A stretch of DNA of 64,000 nt from an uncultured candidatus Porisulfidus sp. (GCA_965116025.1 OZ220480.1:1056001-1120000), one strand, 5' to 3'. Counted from the first letter of the stretch, positions 1 to 10,456 are shown. Made by a program: numbers and translations. Notes: a model not told the origin generated them from the letters alone.

Positions 1-554
1 TTAAGCGCAGAGAGGAGGCCGGAGCCGAAAGCCGGTTTCATCCTTGATCGAAGGTCTCGTCCAGGACGATCTGGTTCAGGGTTTTTTCTCAGCCATCGCT
101 CGGTGTAAGCCTCTCCGAAAGGGCACTTTGGCCGGTGTCGCATGCTTTCGAGAAGGAATTCGAGCGATACCAGCCGATCACGAAACCCGAGTCGCGTGGC
201 GGCGCGCATGCAGGCTTTGTCGGGCCCGCAGAGACGCCAGAAATCTTTTCGGCCCAAGGCGTGCGCCAAAAGAGACCGTTCTCCTTGGTCGAGATGAATG
301 CCAAGCGTTTTGATGGCGAGAGTCGCCCGTTCTTCTTCCGAGACAAAATGAATGGTTGCCAGCGAGGCGCGTAACGCCCGCGCGTCGATTCGCCGCTCAG
401 GTGGGCGATTCCCGAATCCTGTTTGGGTTTCCGCCACGCAATCCTCCACGGTCTCAACGCGATAGTGGTTGGCCAGCGCTAGCCAAGTGCCGATTCGGTG
501 GGCTTCTATGATCGCGTTGGTATCGAAGAGCACGCGGTCCTTGGGGTGTGCCAT
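1..554 (-). CDS. PIN-domain protein (probable toxin); reading frame runs off the window edge, possible +1 frameshift near the 3' end
   Basis: Not in the ORF track. Manual translation from ATG at 554 gives MAHPKDRVLFDTNAIIEAH...LDQGERSLLAHA...CGPDKAC, with PIN-like DTN, GE and D motifs; directly downstream of the HTH-M78 gene. Confidence 0.7.
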   Translation of the reverse strand, partial: MAHPKDRVLFDTNAIIEAHRIGTWLALANHYRVETVEDCVAETQTGFGNRPPERRIDARALRASLATIHFVSEEERATLAIKTLGIHLDQGERSLLAHALGRKDFWRLCGPDKACMRAATRLGFRDRLVSLEFLLESMRHRPKCPFGEAYTERWLRKNPEPDRPGRDLRSRMKPAFGSGLLSAL

Positions 555-563
555 GGCGCGTCA

Positions 564-1673
564 TCATGGGAAAACTGGGCTTTCCAATCCCTGCGCCGCG
601 AACAATCCTTGGATGTCGCCGCTCGGCATATCGAGCAATCGGGACAGGCGTCGCGCTGAAATCGCTCCTTTATCGACCGCGTTTCCGAGCGTTTCCATGA
701 AGCGTCGGGAAAACAAGGGAGGAAGGTCCTTTTCGCCAGAAGGCCTGCCGCCATTGTTTCGCAATTCGGAACGCGACAGAGAGTCCGTGACCGATTTCCG
801 AAGATTTCCGAGCGCGACCAGGCGCCACATCAGGGCCGTGGACGTCACGCGCATCTCGTTCGCGACGAGGTTCAGGCGGTGGATTAGCTTCTCGTCTCCA
901 AGATTGGACCAGTCGCCAAATCGTTCCAGCGCCTCCGACGGCATGAGCGTCGCGCTGGCGAAGTTGTTGGCGAGCCGTTCCACGCGGTTTCTGGAGCCCT
1001 CTCCGGCTTCCTCGATATGCTTGGGAGGCATGGCGTCCCAAGTCAGAAGATGGAAAAGCTCATGGGCGAGATCGAAATTGCGCCGGCCCGGGACCTCGCG
1101 GCGCGAAATCAACACGGCATCCAGATCGGGCAGGCGGCAGGCGGCGCCGGAGACGCCGTTCGTCGCGTCGACCATCAGGACCAGGATGCCCAACTTCTTT
1201 TCCATGATTTCGGCGAGTCTCGTCGCGGGCGTCGCTCCGAGCTCGAGCTCGCGCGCGAAGCTTTCTCCCGCTCGCATGGCGTCCTCGAAGCGGGAATGGC
1301 GGTCGAGACGCAAGGCGCGCCGCATGAGCGACGGTTCGTTTCCAGCTTGGCTACGCAACGTCCGAAACGCGGCGATCCAGCTTCCCGCTCTTCGCTCATA
1401 GGCTTGAAGGGATTCCCGGTTCACGTCGTTTTGGCGCCACGAGAAGCGTTCCTCGCCAACAAGCTGAAACGGGTCGGTGAAATACTCTATCGGCGCCTCA
1501 AGAGCTTGCGCCGCGAGCAACAATTCCTCGGCGGTGACGCGCCGCTCGCCAGTTTCGATGGCGGAAATCGTTTGCCTATCCTTGAAACCGAAAAGAGCTG
1601 CCAGCGCGTCCTGCGTCAACATCCTCTCCTCGCGCAACGCCTTGATCCTGCGCCCGATGATCGACTTTTCCAT
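564..1673 (-). CDS. XRE/Cro HTH regulator fused to ImmA/IrrE (M78) metallopeptidase
   Basis: N-terminal HTH (RIKALREERMLTQDALA...TISAIETGERR) and RRNFDLAHELFH (HExxH) followed by E-x-x-A-N-x-F-A; start taken at ATG 1673. Confidence 0.9.
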   Translation of the reverse strand: MEKSIIGRRIKALREERMLTQDALAALFGFKDRQTISAIETGERRVTAEELLLAAQALEAPIEYFTDPFQLVGEERFSWRQNDVNRESLQAYERRAGSWIAAFRTLRSQAGNEPSLMRRALRLDRHSRFEDAMRAGESFARELELGATPATRLAEIMEKKLGILVLMVDATNGVSGAACRLPDLDAVLISRREVPGRRNFDLAHELFHLLTWDAMPPKHIEEAGEGSRNRVERLANNFASATLMPSEALERFGDWSNLGDEKLIHRLNLVANEMRVTSTALMWRLVALGNLRKSVTDSLSRSELRNNGGRPSGEKDLPPLFSRRFMETLGNAVDKGAISARRLSRLLDMPSGDIQGLFAAQGLESPVFP

Positions 1674-1927
1674 GATCGTTGGCCTCCATCCCAATACGCC
1701 AATGATATTGCATTATATAAATCGCAAGGAAAAATTGCGAATCCTATGTTTCAGGGAAATCCGAGACCTGCGTGAATCCGTGGTGCGCCCGAGAGACGTT
1801 TCGCGCTCTCGCGGCCATATCAGGGTCGTTTCGCTCGGGGATGCCGAAGCGCGGGGTTTTCAGAGGCGGGTGGCGCGACCGACCGTCGAGAGGGAGGGCT
1901 TTGTTGGAGTGGCCGCCAGCCTGGAAG

Positions 1928-2134
1928 TCAGTTGTCCAAGGTTTCCTTTTTCGGCTCGGAGGAATCGTTGCTTTCGGGTTTTTCGTCCTGTCGAGACTTA
2001 GCTTGCATGGAATGCTTGAAACCCTTGATCGCCTCGCCCAGGTCGCTTCCTATGTTGCGCAGGCGCTTGCTGCCGAACAGCAACAGCACGATGGCCAAGA
2101 TTATGAGAATCTGCCAGATGCTGATGCCGCCCAT
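1928..2134 (-). CDS. tatA: Twin-arginine translocase subunit TatA
   Basis: [40 protein letters not shown]. Confidence 0.95.
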   Translation of the reverse strand: MGGISIWQILIILAIVLLLFGSKRLRNIGSDLGEAIKGFKHSMQAKSRQDEKPESNDSSEPKKETLDN

Positions 2135-2321
2135 GTGTCCGTCCCGTCCGCCAGCGCGAATGGTCGCATTGTACCTTATTTCGCTGGAAGGGAAGCCCCG
2201 AAAAGCCGAGGGATTCACCAATATATTCGAGCCAAAACTCGACCATGCGGTCCCCGGCGCGAACCGCGCTCCACGAGCTTCCAGCTGACGGCCTGTTGAT
2301 TTCTCGCGTGGGCGGGCTTGT

Positions 2322-2993
2322 TCAGACTCGAGCGAGCTCGGCCCGCAACGAAGCGAGCGTGGCCGCGTAATCATCGCTCCCGAAAATGGCCGATCCGCAA
2401 ACGAAAGTGTCCGCGCCCGCCTCTTTCACGCTGGCGATGTTCTCGACCTTGATGCCGCCGTCGACCTCCAGGCGCGTCGCTCCCCCGTGGTCGTCGAGGC
2501 GAGATCGGACCTGGCGGATTTTGTCCAGCGTTTGAGGGATGAAGGCCTGCCCCCCGAATCCTGGGTTGACGGACATCAGCAACACCATGTCGATCTTGTC
2601 CAGAACATGGTCCAGGACGCTCAGGGGCGTGGCTGGGTTAAGAACCAATCCGTTCTTGCAACCAAGGTCGCGAGTTAGCTGAAGGCTACGGTCCACGTGC
2701 CGGGTCGCTTCCGGGTGGAACGTGATGGAGTTCGCGCCCGCTTTCGCGAAATCGCCGATCAACCCGTCTACGGGGGTCGTCATCAGGTGAACGTCGATGG
2801 GCGCGGTGACGCCGTGCTCGCGCAACGCCTCGCAGACCAGTGGGCCGATGGTGAGATTGGGGACGTAGTGATAATCCATCACGTCGAAATGGATCATGTC
2901 CGCTCCGGCCTTGACGACCGCGTTCACCTCCGCGCCGAGGCGAGCGAAGTTGGCGGACAAAATGGATGGGGCGATCTGGTTGGGGAGTGGCAT
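2322..2993 (-). CDS. rpe: Ribulose-phosphate 3-epimerase
   Basis: [34 protein letters not shown] motifs. Confidence 0.97.
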   Translation of the reverse strand: MPLPNQIAPSILSANFARLGAEVNAVVKAGADMIHFDVMDYHYVPNLTIGPLVCEALREHGVTAPIDVHLMTTPVDGLIGDFAKAGANSITFHPEATRHVDRSLQLTRDLGCKNGLVLNPATPLSVLDHVLDKIDMVLLMSVNPGFGGQAFIPQTLDKIRQVRSRLDDHGGATRLEVDGGIKVENIASVKEAGADTFVCGSAIFGSDDYAATLASLRAELARV

Positions 2994-3203
2994 GGCCGAT
3001 CCTCAGGCGCGCGATACTCTACCACTCTCGCGCCTTCGCGTCCGGGACGCGAAGGCGGGCGGGTACAATGAGCGCGACTTTGACGGCATGAGCGATTCGG
3101 GCGTGATTCCCATCAATCGGAGGTTTCCACGGAGTGGAATCGGCGAGAATTTTCGGTCTTTCTCTCGCGTCTTGGATAGCCTCTCGCGGGCCGCGCTCTC
3201 GCC

Positions 3204-3908
3204 GTGACCGGGCGCCCGCCGGAAAACCTGCCATGCTGGAGCTATCACGGTGACGAGGGCCCGGATCAGTGGGGCCATCTGCATCCAGACTGGGCGGCGT
3301 GCGCGAATGGACGGGAGCAGTCCCCGGTCATCCTGCATGGAAGCGAGCCCGTGTCGTCCGGGGACCGCCTCGCGTTTGATTATCGGGCCACGCTCGGAAA
3401 AATGAGCGCCAGGGCGCATACCGTGCAAGTGGACATGTCGCCGGGTTGCCAACTGGTCTTGCGCGACCGGGCTTTCTCGCTGAGGCAGTTTCATTTCCAT
3501 ACTCCGAGCGAGCACTGGTGGTCGGAGGCGGCGGATGTCGGGGAAATCCATTTGGTTCACGCTACCGATTCGGGAGAGGTCGCCGTGCTTGGAGTCGCGT
3601 TGCGACCCGATGGGACGCAGACCATTCCGAAATCCCTCTGGAGTTGGTTTCGGACGGCTGAGGCGGGCGAGGAGCGGACGCTCGACCCGACCGGTCTGGT
3701 GCCCGGGCGAGGGGGCTTTCTCGGTTATGAGGGATCTCTGACGACGCCGCCATGCACCGAGGGCGTGCGCTGGTTGCTGGCGATGGAGCCGGTAGCGGTT
3801 GGGCCGGAGGAGCGGAGTTGGCTGGAGCGGCGGATGGGGCGGAACGCCCGCCCAGCGCGCCCGCTCGACGGCCGGGTCGTGCGCGAAGTTCTGCGAGAGG
3901 GGTCATGA
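3204..3908 (+). CDS. Alpha-class carbonic anhydrase
   Basis: WSY..G...W, QSP, QFHFHTPSEH, EIHLVH, YEGSLTTPPCTEGVRW, NARP. Confidence 0.92.
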   Translation: MTGRPPENLPCWSYHGDEGPDQWGHLHPDWAACANGREQSPVILHGSEPVSSGDRLAFDYRATLGKMSARAHTVQVDMSPGCQLVLRDRAFSLRQFHFHTPSEHWWSEAADVGEIHLVHATDSGEVAVLGVALRPDGTQTIPKSLWSWFRTAEAGEERTLDPTGLVPGRGGFLGYEGSLTTPPCTEGVRWLLAMEPVAVGPEERSWLERRMGRNARPARPLDGRVVREVLREGS

Positions 3909-4567
3909 GCGCGCGCACGATCGGTCTTGACGATGCGCTTCACCGATACGTGCTGGACATCTCGGTGGATGAGGATCAGGTGGCCCGGGATCTGCGCGCC
4001 CGCACGGCGGAACTGGAGGAGCATCACATGCAGATCAGTCCCGAGCAAGGGCAGTTTTTCAAATTTCTCCTGAAACTGATGAACGCGCGGGACGTGATTG
4101 AGGTCGGAACGTATACGGGCTACAGCGCCCTGTGCCTGGCTCAGGCGGTTGGGGTCCGCGGGCGGGTGGTGTGTTGCGACGTCAGCGAGGAGTGGACGGT
4201 GATCGGGCGGGAGTTTTGGGAGCGCGCCGGAGTGGCGGAGCGGATCGATCTGCGCTTGGCCCCGGCGCTCGAGACTCTGGAGCGGATGCGTCAGGCCGGG
4301 GAGGCCGGACGTTTCGATTTCGCGTTCATCGACGCTGACAAGGGGAGTTATTTGGCGTATTATGAGAGTCTGCTGGATCTGGTTCGCCCCGGTGGGGTGA
4401 TCGCGGTGGACAACACCCTGTGGTCTGGGCGGGTGGCGGACCCTTCCGAGAAGGACCCTGACACGGTCGCTATTCGGGAATTCAACCGAAGGCTGGCGGG
4501 GGATTCCCGCGTCTTGGCGAGTCTGGTGCCGATCGGGGACGGCCTGACCTTGGCGCGCAAGCGCTGA
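3905..4567 (+). CDS. Class I SAM-dependent O-methyltransferase (caffeoyl-CoA OMT-like)
   Basis: MQISPEQGQ, IEVGTYTGYS, FDFAFIDADK, DNTLWSG, PIGDG; ATG 3905 overlaps the upstream stop (ATGA). Confidence 0.92.
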   Translation: MSARTIGLDDALHRYVLDISVDEDQVARDLRARTAELEEHHMQISPEQGQFFKFLLKLMNARDVIEVGTYTGYSALCLAQAVGVRGRVVCCDVSEEWTVIGREFWERAGVAERIDLRLAPALETLERMRQAGEAGRFDFAFIDADKGSYLAYYESLLDLVRPGGVIAVDNTLWSGRVADPSEKDPDTVAIREFNRRLAGDSRVLASLVPIGDGLTLARKR

Positions 4568-4598
4568 TCCATGAATTTCGCGAGCGAGGTTTCGTAGT

Positions 4599-6251
4599 AT
4601 GAAAGTGTCTGATTTGTTCGTCCGTTGCCTGGAAGTAGAGGGCATCGAGTACGTGTTCGGCGTTCCCGGAGAGGAGAACGCGGATTTCGTCATGTCCTTG
4701 TCGAAATCCGACAAGATCAAGTTCATCCTGACTCGGCATGAGCAAGGGGCGGCCTTCATGGCTGAGGCGTACGGCCGGCTCACCGGGCAGCCGGCGGGAT
4801 GTCTGGGAACTTTGGGTCCGGGCGCGACCAACTTGGTGACGGGCGTGGCGAACGCCAACATGGACCGCGCGCCGCTGCTGGTCCTGACCGGCCAAGGCTC
4901 GACGACCCGCCAGCACAAGGAGTCGCATCAGATCATGGACGCCGTGAGCATGTTCCGCGCGGTGACGAAGTGGTCCACCAGCATCATCCAGGCGGACAGC
5001 CTTCCAGAGATCGTGCGCAAGGCGGTCCGCGTCGCGCGTAGCGAGAAGCCCGGCGCCGTTCACCTCGAGCTGCCGGAGGACATCGCTAAATACGAGACGG
5101 ACGCGGAGCCGATCTCCCCGATCCGCTTTCGCCGGCCTGTGCCCCCGGCCGAGCAGGTCGACCGGGCATTCGACATGCTGCGCCGCGCGCGCCGCCCGGT
5201 CATCCTCGCGGGAAACGGATGCATCCGAATTCGGGCTAGCCAGCAACTGCGCATGTTCTGCGAGAGGACCGGCATCGGGGTAATCAGCACGTTCATGGCG
5301 AAAGGTTGCGTGGATATGGAGGAGGACTACTGTCTGTTCACCATCGGACTGGGCTCCAAGGATCTGGTGGCCTGCGCGATCGACGCGGCCGACGTGGTGC
5401 TGACGCTGGGCTACGACATGGTCGAGTACCATCCGCATCTCTGGAACCCGGACGGAGCCAAGACCATCATCCACGCGGATTTCCAGCCCGCGGAGATCGA
5501 TTACCACTACCATCCCGAGGTGGAGCTGGTCGGTGACCTGGCCCAGACTCTGGCCATGCTCAACGAGCGGGCGCGGGCCAACGGAAAGATGGACTGGGAC
5601 CTGACTCGAGAGAAAAAGGTTCGCGAAGCCATGCTTAAGGAGTTCGCGGCTTGCAAGGACGACGACACGGAAGGGAAGCTGCGCCCGCAGAAAGTGATCT
5701 GGGACGCGCGCGAGGTCATGGGCCCCTCCGACATCTTGCTGTCCGACGTGGGGGCGCACAAGATGTGGATCGCTCGCCACTATCATTGCCACGAGCCGAA
5801 TACTTGCCTGATCCCGAACGGATTTTGCTCGATGGGTTTCGCTTTGCCCGGCGCGATCTCGGCCAGTCTCGTGCATCCGAGCGCCCGAATCCTGGCGATC
5901 TGTGGCGATGGCGGGTTCCTGATGAACGTGCAGGAGATGGAGACCGCCCGTCGCTTGGGCGTGAACATCGTGGCGATGGTCTGGGTGGATGGTGGATACG
6001 GGCTTATTTCCTGGAAGCAGGAGCAGGAGTTCCACAGCCACACGGATCTGGAGTTCTCGAATCCGGACTGGCTGGAGCTGGCGCGGGCGTTCGGCTGGCA
6101 CGGGCACGTGGTGTCGGCCAGTCGGGATCTGAAGTCGACGCTGGAGGCCGCGTTCGCGGAGGAGGGGCCCTCCCTGATCGCGGTCCCGATCGACTACGAA
6201 GAGAACATGCGTCTCATCAAGCACCTCGGCGAGATCGTGTGCCCGATCTGA
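4599..6251 (+). CDS. Acetolactate synthase large subunit-like TPP enzyme
   Basis: FGVPGEEN, RHEQGAAFMA, TLGPGATN, GDGGFLM TPP-binding motif. Confidence 0.92.
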   Translation: MKVSDLFVRCLEVEGIEYVFGVPGEENADFVMSLSKSDKIKFILTRHEQGAAFMAEAYGRLTGQPAGCLGTLGPGATNLVTGVANANMDRAPLLVLTGQGSTTRQHKESHQIMDAVSMFRAVTKWSTSIIQADSLPEIVRKAVRVARSEKPGAVHLELPEDIAKYETDAEPISPIRFRRPVPPAEQVDRAFDMLRRARRPVILAGNGCIRIRASQQLRMFCERTGIGVISTFMAKGCVDMEEDYCLFTIGLGSKDLVACAIDAADVVLTLGYDMVEYHPHLWNPDGAKTIIHADFQPAEIDYHYHPEVELVGDLAQTLAMLNERARANGKMDWDLTREKKVREAMLKEFAACKDDDTEGKLRPQKVIWDAREVMGPSDILLSDVGAHKMWIARHYHCHEPNTCLIPNGFCSMGFALPGAISASLVHPSARILAICGDGGFLMNVQEMETARRLGVNIVAMVWVDGGYGLISWKQEQEFHSHTDLEFSNPDWLELARAFGWHGHVVSASRDLKSTLEAAFAEEGPSLIAVPIDYEENMRLIKHLGEIVCPI

Positions 6252-6255
6252 CCGG

Positions 6256-6331
6256 TGGCGCCCCCAGGTGGATTCGAACCACCAGTCCGGGATTAGGAAT
6301 CCCGTGGTTTATCCGCTTAACCGATGGGGGC
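6256..6331 (-). tRNA. tRNA-Arg (anticodon CCT)
   Basis: Acceptor stem GCCCCCA/TGGGGGC, anticodon arm CGGGA-TTCCTAA-TCCCG, GGTTCGAATCC T-arm, encoded CCA. Confidence 0.93.
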
Positions 6332-6535
6332 GAATCGGGATCGATTCTAGCAGGAGAGACACGCCACGACAGCTCCTTAAAGATCTCCGAGCTAATCGAT
6401 TCTGACGGTTTTCGCCTGTCCAGTAATATCGCGCGCTCGGCGGGATCGATTCGGCGCGATTTTGGTTTGGAAGCGCGCGGGCGCTGGGGTATAATGTGCG
6501 GCCATCCGAGATTGATCCTTGAAGAGGGACGAATA

Positions 6536-9500
6536 ATGACCAAGAACCTTTCCGTTTTCGAGATTCGCGTCGCGCTTCGCGGGGCTCCGTCGTCTTCCCG
6601 CGTAGGGGGGGGGGGGGGGGGGGGGGGGCATAGCCTCCGTTTTCTGGCCGGATTGACGGCCATTTTCTCCATTCTGCTGATTCCGCATCCCGCCGAGGCG
6701 GACGAGTGCGGCGACGTCAGCGCCGCCAAAACGGTCACCTGCGACGCCGCGACCTACGGCGGCACCAGCGCCACCGATGCCAACCCCATCGAGTACACGG
6801 GTCAGACGGGCGGTCTGACGCTGACCGTGAAGCCTTCCGGGGAGATGACGACCATCAAATCGTTCCTTCCTGACGCTAGCACTCGGTATAACGGGATCAA
6901 AGTGGTCGGCCGCGGAACGCTGGCGGTCAAGCTGGAAGGCAAGGTGAGCATCGTGAACGAGGCCGGCGGCTGGACTTCGCCCACCGAGGCTACGTTCAAT
7001 AACGGCGGAACGGAGGAAACCGCGACCTTCATCGATCCGAAGTACGTTCAGGGTAGCAGGAACTACGGAATATGGGTTGAGGGCGACCAAGCCGGCGACT
7101 CCAATAGAGAGGACAAGATCGAGATCGTGATCGGGGCGGACGCGAAGGTTGGGAGCGAGGAGGTTCCGATAGGGCGCAGAGGCGTCTTCGCGTATTACAG
7201 CAACACCTCAGCCGAGGGCGACGTGTCGATCGTGAACCGGGGCGAGATCCACGCTTACTACACGGGCATCTGGGTGTTTCATAAAGGGTCTGGAGACATC
7301 GCCGTCGAGACGGCGGAGGGCAGCGTGACCAGCAAGGGCATTCGCGTCAATGTCAATCAGTCCAGTAGTAAAGAGGGGGGCGACGTCCGCGTCACGAACC
7401 ACGGGACGATCCGGAGCCTGAGGCAACGGCCTCTGTACGCGAAGACGCTCACGGGCGAGGTGGGCAGCAAGGTGGCCACGTCTCGGGATCGTGATGCCGA
7501 AGACTATCCTGATGGAAATGGCATTAAAGTGAGCCACAAGGATTTATCCACGGGCACCGCCGATAAGCCGAGCAGTTCGATCATGATCACCTCGAGCGGC
7601 GACATCGCCGCTCGCTGGCATGGCATTCACATCGACACGCGAGGAGACACCGATTCGGTGGTTCCGGTGACGGTCGACGTGACGGGGGGCGTCATCACGG
7701 CGGGCGGACGGAATACGGAGCTTAATGGGGACGGGATTTTCGTTCATTCCGTTGACCACAACGGTGGGCTCATCAAGGTGGATCTCGCGGGCGAGATCGC
7801 TTGGGCGGGGAGTAGCCAGGGGGACGGAATCGAAATTCGCCGTCTCGTGCGACGACGGTCAGCGGCGCGCGGTGACATCAACCGGGACACCGAGGTGACG
7901 CTGAAGCCGGGGGCGCGGATCGGCGTGGAGGGGGATGAGCCGACCGTGAGTCGGAATGGCGTGAACGTCCGCCAGCAAACCCACGAAGGAACGGTCCGGG
8001 TGACCGTTTCCGAGGGAGCGATGATCGGGACTCGAGAGACTCCGGTTGGCGAGAACGGCGTGTTAGTTGAGACCGTAGGCAGTTTCGGCGTGTTCCACTC
8101 GATCACGGCTTCGGACAACGAGGTCCCCGTCCAGGTCACCAACGAGGGTTTCATCCACGCGAAAGGCTCTGGGATTTATGTGCTGCATTCCAGTTGGGGC
8201 GAGGTGGACGTGAAGCATATGGCGGGGAAGATCATCGCGGGCGGGCATGGCGTTTACGCGGGGATGTCCACCGTCTATGACGATCCCACGGAAGCCGGGA
8301 AGATCGAGGTCACGGTGGGAGAGATGGCGACGATCCAAGCCAAGAAAGATGGGGTGCATGTCAAGAGCAAGCGGACGTTCGCGTCCGACCACGCCCGGAA
8401 GGGGCAATACGACCAGACGGTCACCATCAACGGCAAGGTGATGGGCGGCGCCGGCGAGCACGCCGGCGTTCGGATGGTGAACGGCGGGACGCTGGTGATC
8501 GGGCCGAAGGCGGAGATCGGCGCGACGTCGGGAACCGCGGTCAGGGCGGACAAGGCGCTGCATGTCACCCTGAAGGAGAACGCGCATGGGCAGATCGCGT
8601 TCATCACGGGGAAATTCCTGAATAGCGGCGATCAGACGCCGAACGTCTTCCAGCGCGAGTCGACGGCGGGCATGACGAAGGCGATAGCCGTGGATGACGC
8701 GGTGAAGGCGACGTCGGGGAAGACGGGGACGCATGGGGTGTATGACGCGGTGTTCGAGCGGATGGTCACGCTGAAGTCGATAGAGGGCGGGCACCAGTTC
8801 GAGGCGGGCGCGGAGAAGGAGATCAGCCGGTCGTACCATGCTCGGGCTCGGGTGTACGAGGCGTTGCCGTCGGTGTTGCTGGAGATGAGCGGCTCGGACG
8901 GTCGTCAGGCGCGCTTGTCGGCGACGCGGGACGGCGGTGGCGCGTGGGCACGGGCGCTGGCGAGCGACGGCGAGCGGGAGGCGGAGATGTCCACGACGGC
9001 GATGGACACGGCCGGGCATGATCTGTCCTGGGACTTCGAGCGCTGGGGCGTGGAGACGGGCTTGGTCGTTCCCACGGATCTGCCGGGCGTGACGCTGGGG
9101 GTGAGCGCGCACTATCGGGATGGCGAGGCGGATGTCGAGCGCGGCGGGAAGATTGAGGTCTCTGGCGTGGGCGTTGGGGCTTCGGCGACCTGGCGGGGAG
9201 AGGACGGATGGTACGCGGACGGGGAGCTCTCGTACACGCGGTTCGAGGACATTGACTTGAGTTCGGAGACTCGGGGGATGGTGGCGTCCGGGTTGGACGG
9301 AGAGGGTCACGCGATCGGCGTGGAGGTCGGCAGGCGGCTGGAGATGGACGGCTTCGCGCTGGTTCCGCGCGGGGGATTGACGTGGACTTGGGTGGATGTC
9401 GACGGCTTCGCCGACGTTTCTGGCGTTACAGGTAGCGGTCGGGTGTCGTTCCGCTCGGAGGACGGCGTGCGGGCGCGGATCGGGGCGCTGCTGGAGAACG

Positions 9501-9739
9501 GCCAGACGTACGCCTCATTGGACGTGGAGCGCGAGCTGTCGGAAAGCCGGGAGGCGATGGCGTCGAGAGCGCGGTTGCGCTCGGAAGTGGAGTCGACTTG
9601 GGCGCGATTGGGCGTTGGAGGCGTGATAGTCTTGGATGAGAGGGGGGAGTCGACGCTATCGGGGGAGGCTCGCTACGCGGTGTCGGATGGCGACAATCAC
9701 GATTACGGCGCGAGCGTCCTGCTGAAAGTTCGCTTCTGA
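6536..9739 (+). CDS. Autotransporter (type Va): beta-helix-like passenger plus C-terminal beta-barrel
   Basis: ATG 6536 after GAAGAGGG; signal-like LAGLTAIFSILLIPHPAEA; repeated G-I/V-x-V passenger motifs; barrel begins GAWARA and ends LKVRF. Confidence 0.88.
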   Translation: MTKNLSVFEIRVALRGAPSSSRVGGGGGGGGHSLRFLAGLTAIFSILLIPHPAEADECGDVSAAKTVTCDAATYGGTSATDANPIEYTGQTGGLTLTVKPSGEMTTIKSFLPDASTRYNGIKVVGRGTLAVKLEGKVSIVNEAGGWTSPTEATFNNGGTEETATFIDPKYVQGSRNYGIWVEGDQAGDSNREDKIEIVIGADAKVGSEEVPIGRRGVFAYYSNTSAEGDVSIVNRGEIHAYYTGIWVFHKGSGDIAVETAEGSVTSKGIRVNVNQSSSKEGGDVRVTNHGTIRSLRQRPLYAKTLTGEVGSKVATSRDRDAEDYPDGNGIKVSHKDLSTGTADKPSSSIMITSSGDIAARWHGIHIDTRGDTDSVVPVTVDVTGGVITAGGRNTELNGDGIFVHSVDHNGGLIKVDLAGEIAWAGSSQGDGIEIRRLVRRRSAARGDINRDTEVTLKPGARIGVEGDEPTVSRNGVNVRQQTHEGTVRVTVSEGAMIGTRETPVGENGVLVETVGSFGVFHSITASDNEVPVQVTNEGFIHAKGSGIYVLHSSWGEVDVKHMAGKIIAGGHGVYAGMSTVYDDPTEAGKIEVTVGEMATIQAKKDGVHVKSKRTFASDHARKGQYDQTVTINGKVMGGAGEHAGVRMVNGGTLVIGPKAEIGATSGTAVRADKALHVTLKENAHGQIAFITGKFLNSGDQTPNVFQRESTAGMTKAIAVDDAVKATSGKTGTHGVYDAVFERMVTLKSIEGGHQFEAGAEKEISRSYHARARVYEALPSVLLEMSGSDGRQARLSATRDGGGAWARALASDGEREAEMSTTAMDTAGHDLSWDFERWGVETGLVVPTDLPGVTLGVSAHYRDGEADVERGGKIEVSGVGVGASATWRGEDGWYADGELSYTRFEDIDLSSETRGMVASGLDGEGHAIGVEVGRRLEMDGFALVPRGGLTWTWVDVDGFADVSGVTGSGRVSFRSEDGVRARIGALLENGQTYASLDVERELSESREAMASRARLRSEVESTWARLGVGGVIVLDERGESTLSGEARYAVSDGDNHDYGASVLLKVRF
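6605..6628 (+). repeat. Poly-G tract (G24) inside the autotransporter 5' region
   Basis: 24 consecutive G, in frame, encoding Gly8. Confidence 0.9.
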
Positions 9740-9979
9740 TCGGTTTCTGGTCGCGGCCTCGGCGCGAAACTGATCTGGCGCGCCCGGAGGTTGCGGGTGG
9801 ACTTCTGGACGGATCACGCGCCGGACATCGGGAGAGCGTCGCGCCGAATATCCAGTCTTCCGGCCTAGGACACGTCCTGACGGTCCGAATCTGGTGCTTT
9901 CAGGAAAGAGACAAGCCGTTCGGAAGACGCGGCCCGCATAGCCGAGCTCTTGAGTATCGGGCGGAATCCGAGTTGTTCC

Positions 9980-10310
9980 GCGAAAATCCGCCCGAGCCCG
10001 TTTCTGGCGTCGCTCTTTCGCCTTTCGGCATGCCAGCTCGGCCCGGTATCGTCCGCTCCGACCGTCGGCGTTCCGCTTCAGTTCGCGGCACGCCGTGCCG
10101 CGGTCGACGCCGACCCTTCGCGCTACCTCCGCCTGGCTCATGTCGAGGTCCCGCAGCGCCTCGATCTGATAACGTTGGGTCTCGGTGAGTTGCGTGTAAC
10201 TTCTCATAAGCGCCTCTCTCGGGGGCGGTTGTAGACAACGAGACCTTACCGCGACTCATCGCCTTCACCGCCAGTCTTCGGAGTGTTGCACTTGAAAGTT
10301 GAAACTGGGC
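9980..10310 (-). mobile_element. Truncated IS30-family element (left end plus transposase N-terminal HTH only)
   Basis: MRSYTQLTETQRYQIEAL...SQAEVARRVGVDRGTACRELKRN...YRAELA from ATG 10207, no DDE domain; IS30-like terminal sequence TGTTGCACTTGAAAGTTGAAAC at 10284-10305; left boundary approximate. Confidence 0.8.
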
Positions 10311-10456
10311 TCTTTATTCGGGCGGCATTGATAAGAATGGTGGGTCATGGACATTGCCCGTCAGAAAATCCGTTGGTATTGAGACGCACCTGAAAACCCC
10401 GGAAGGCCCGAAGATGGAGGAATCCTTTGCCTTGTGGGAGTGCAAGCGAAATGGAA

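Noticed and set aside
5651-6535. 1362-aa ORF extending the autotransporter upstream
   Set aside because: The extension overlaps the acetolactate synthase gene and tRNA-Arg; a better start with RBS and signal peptide is at 6536
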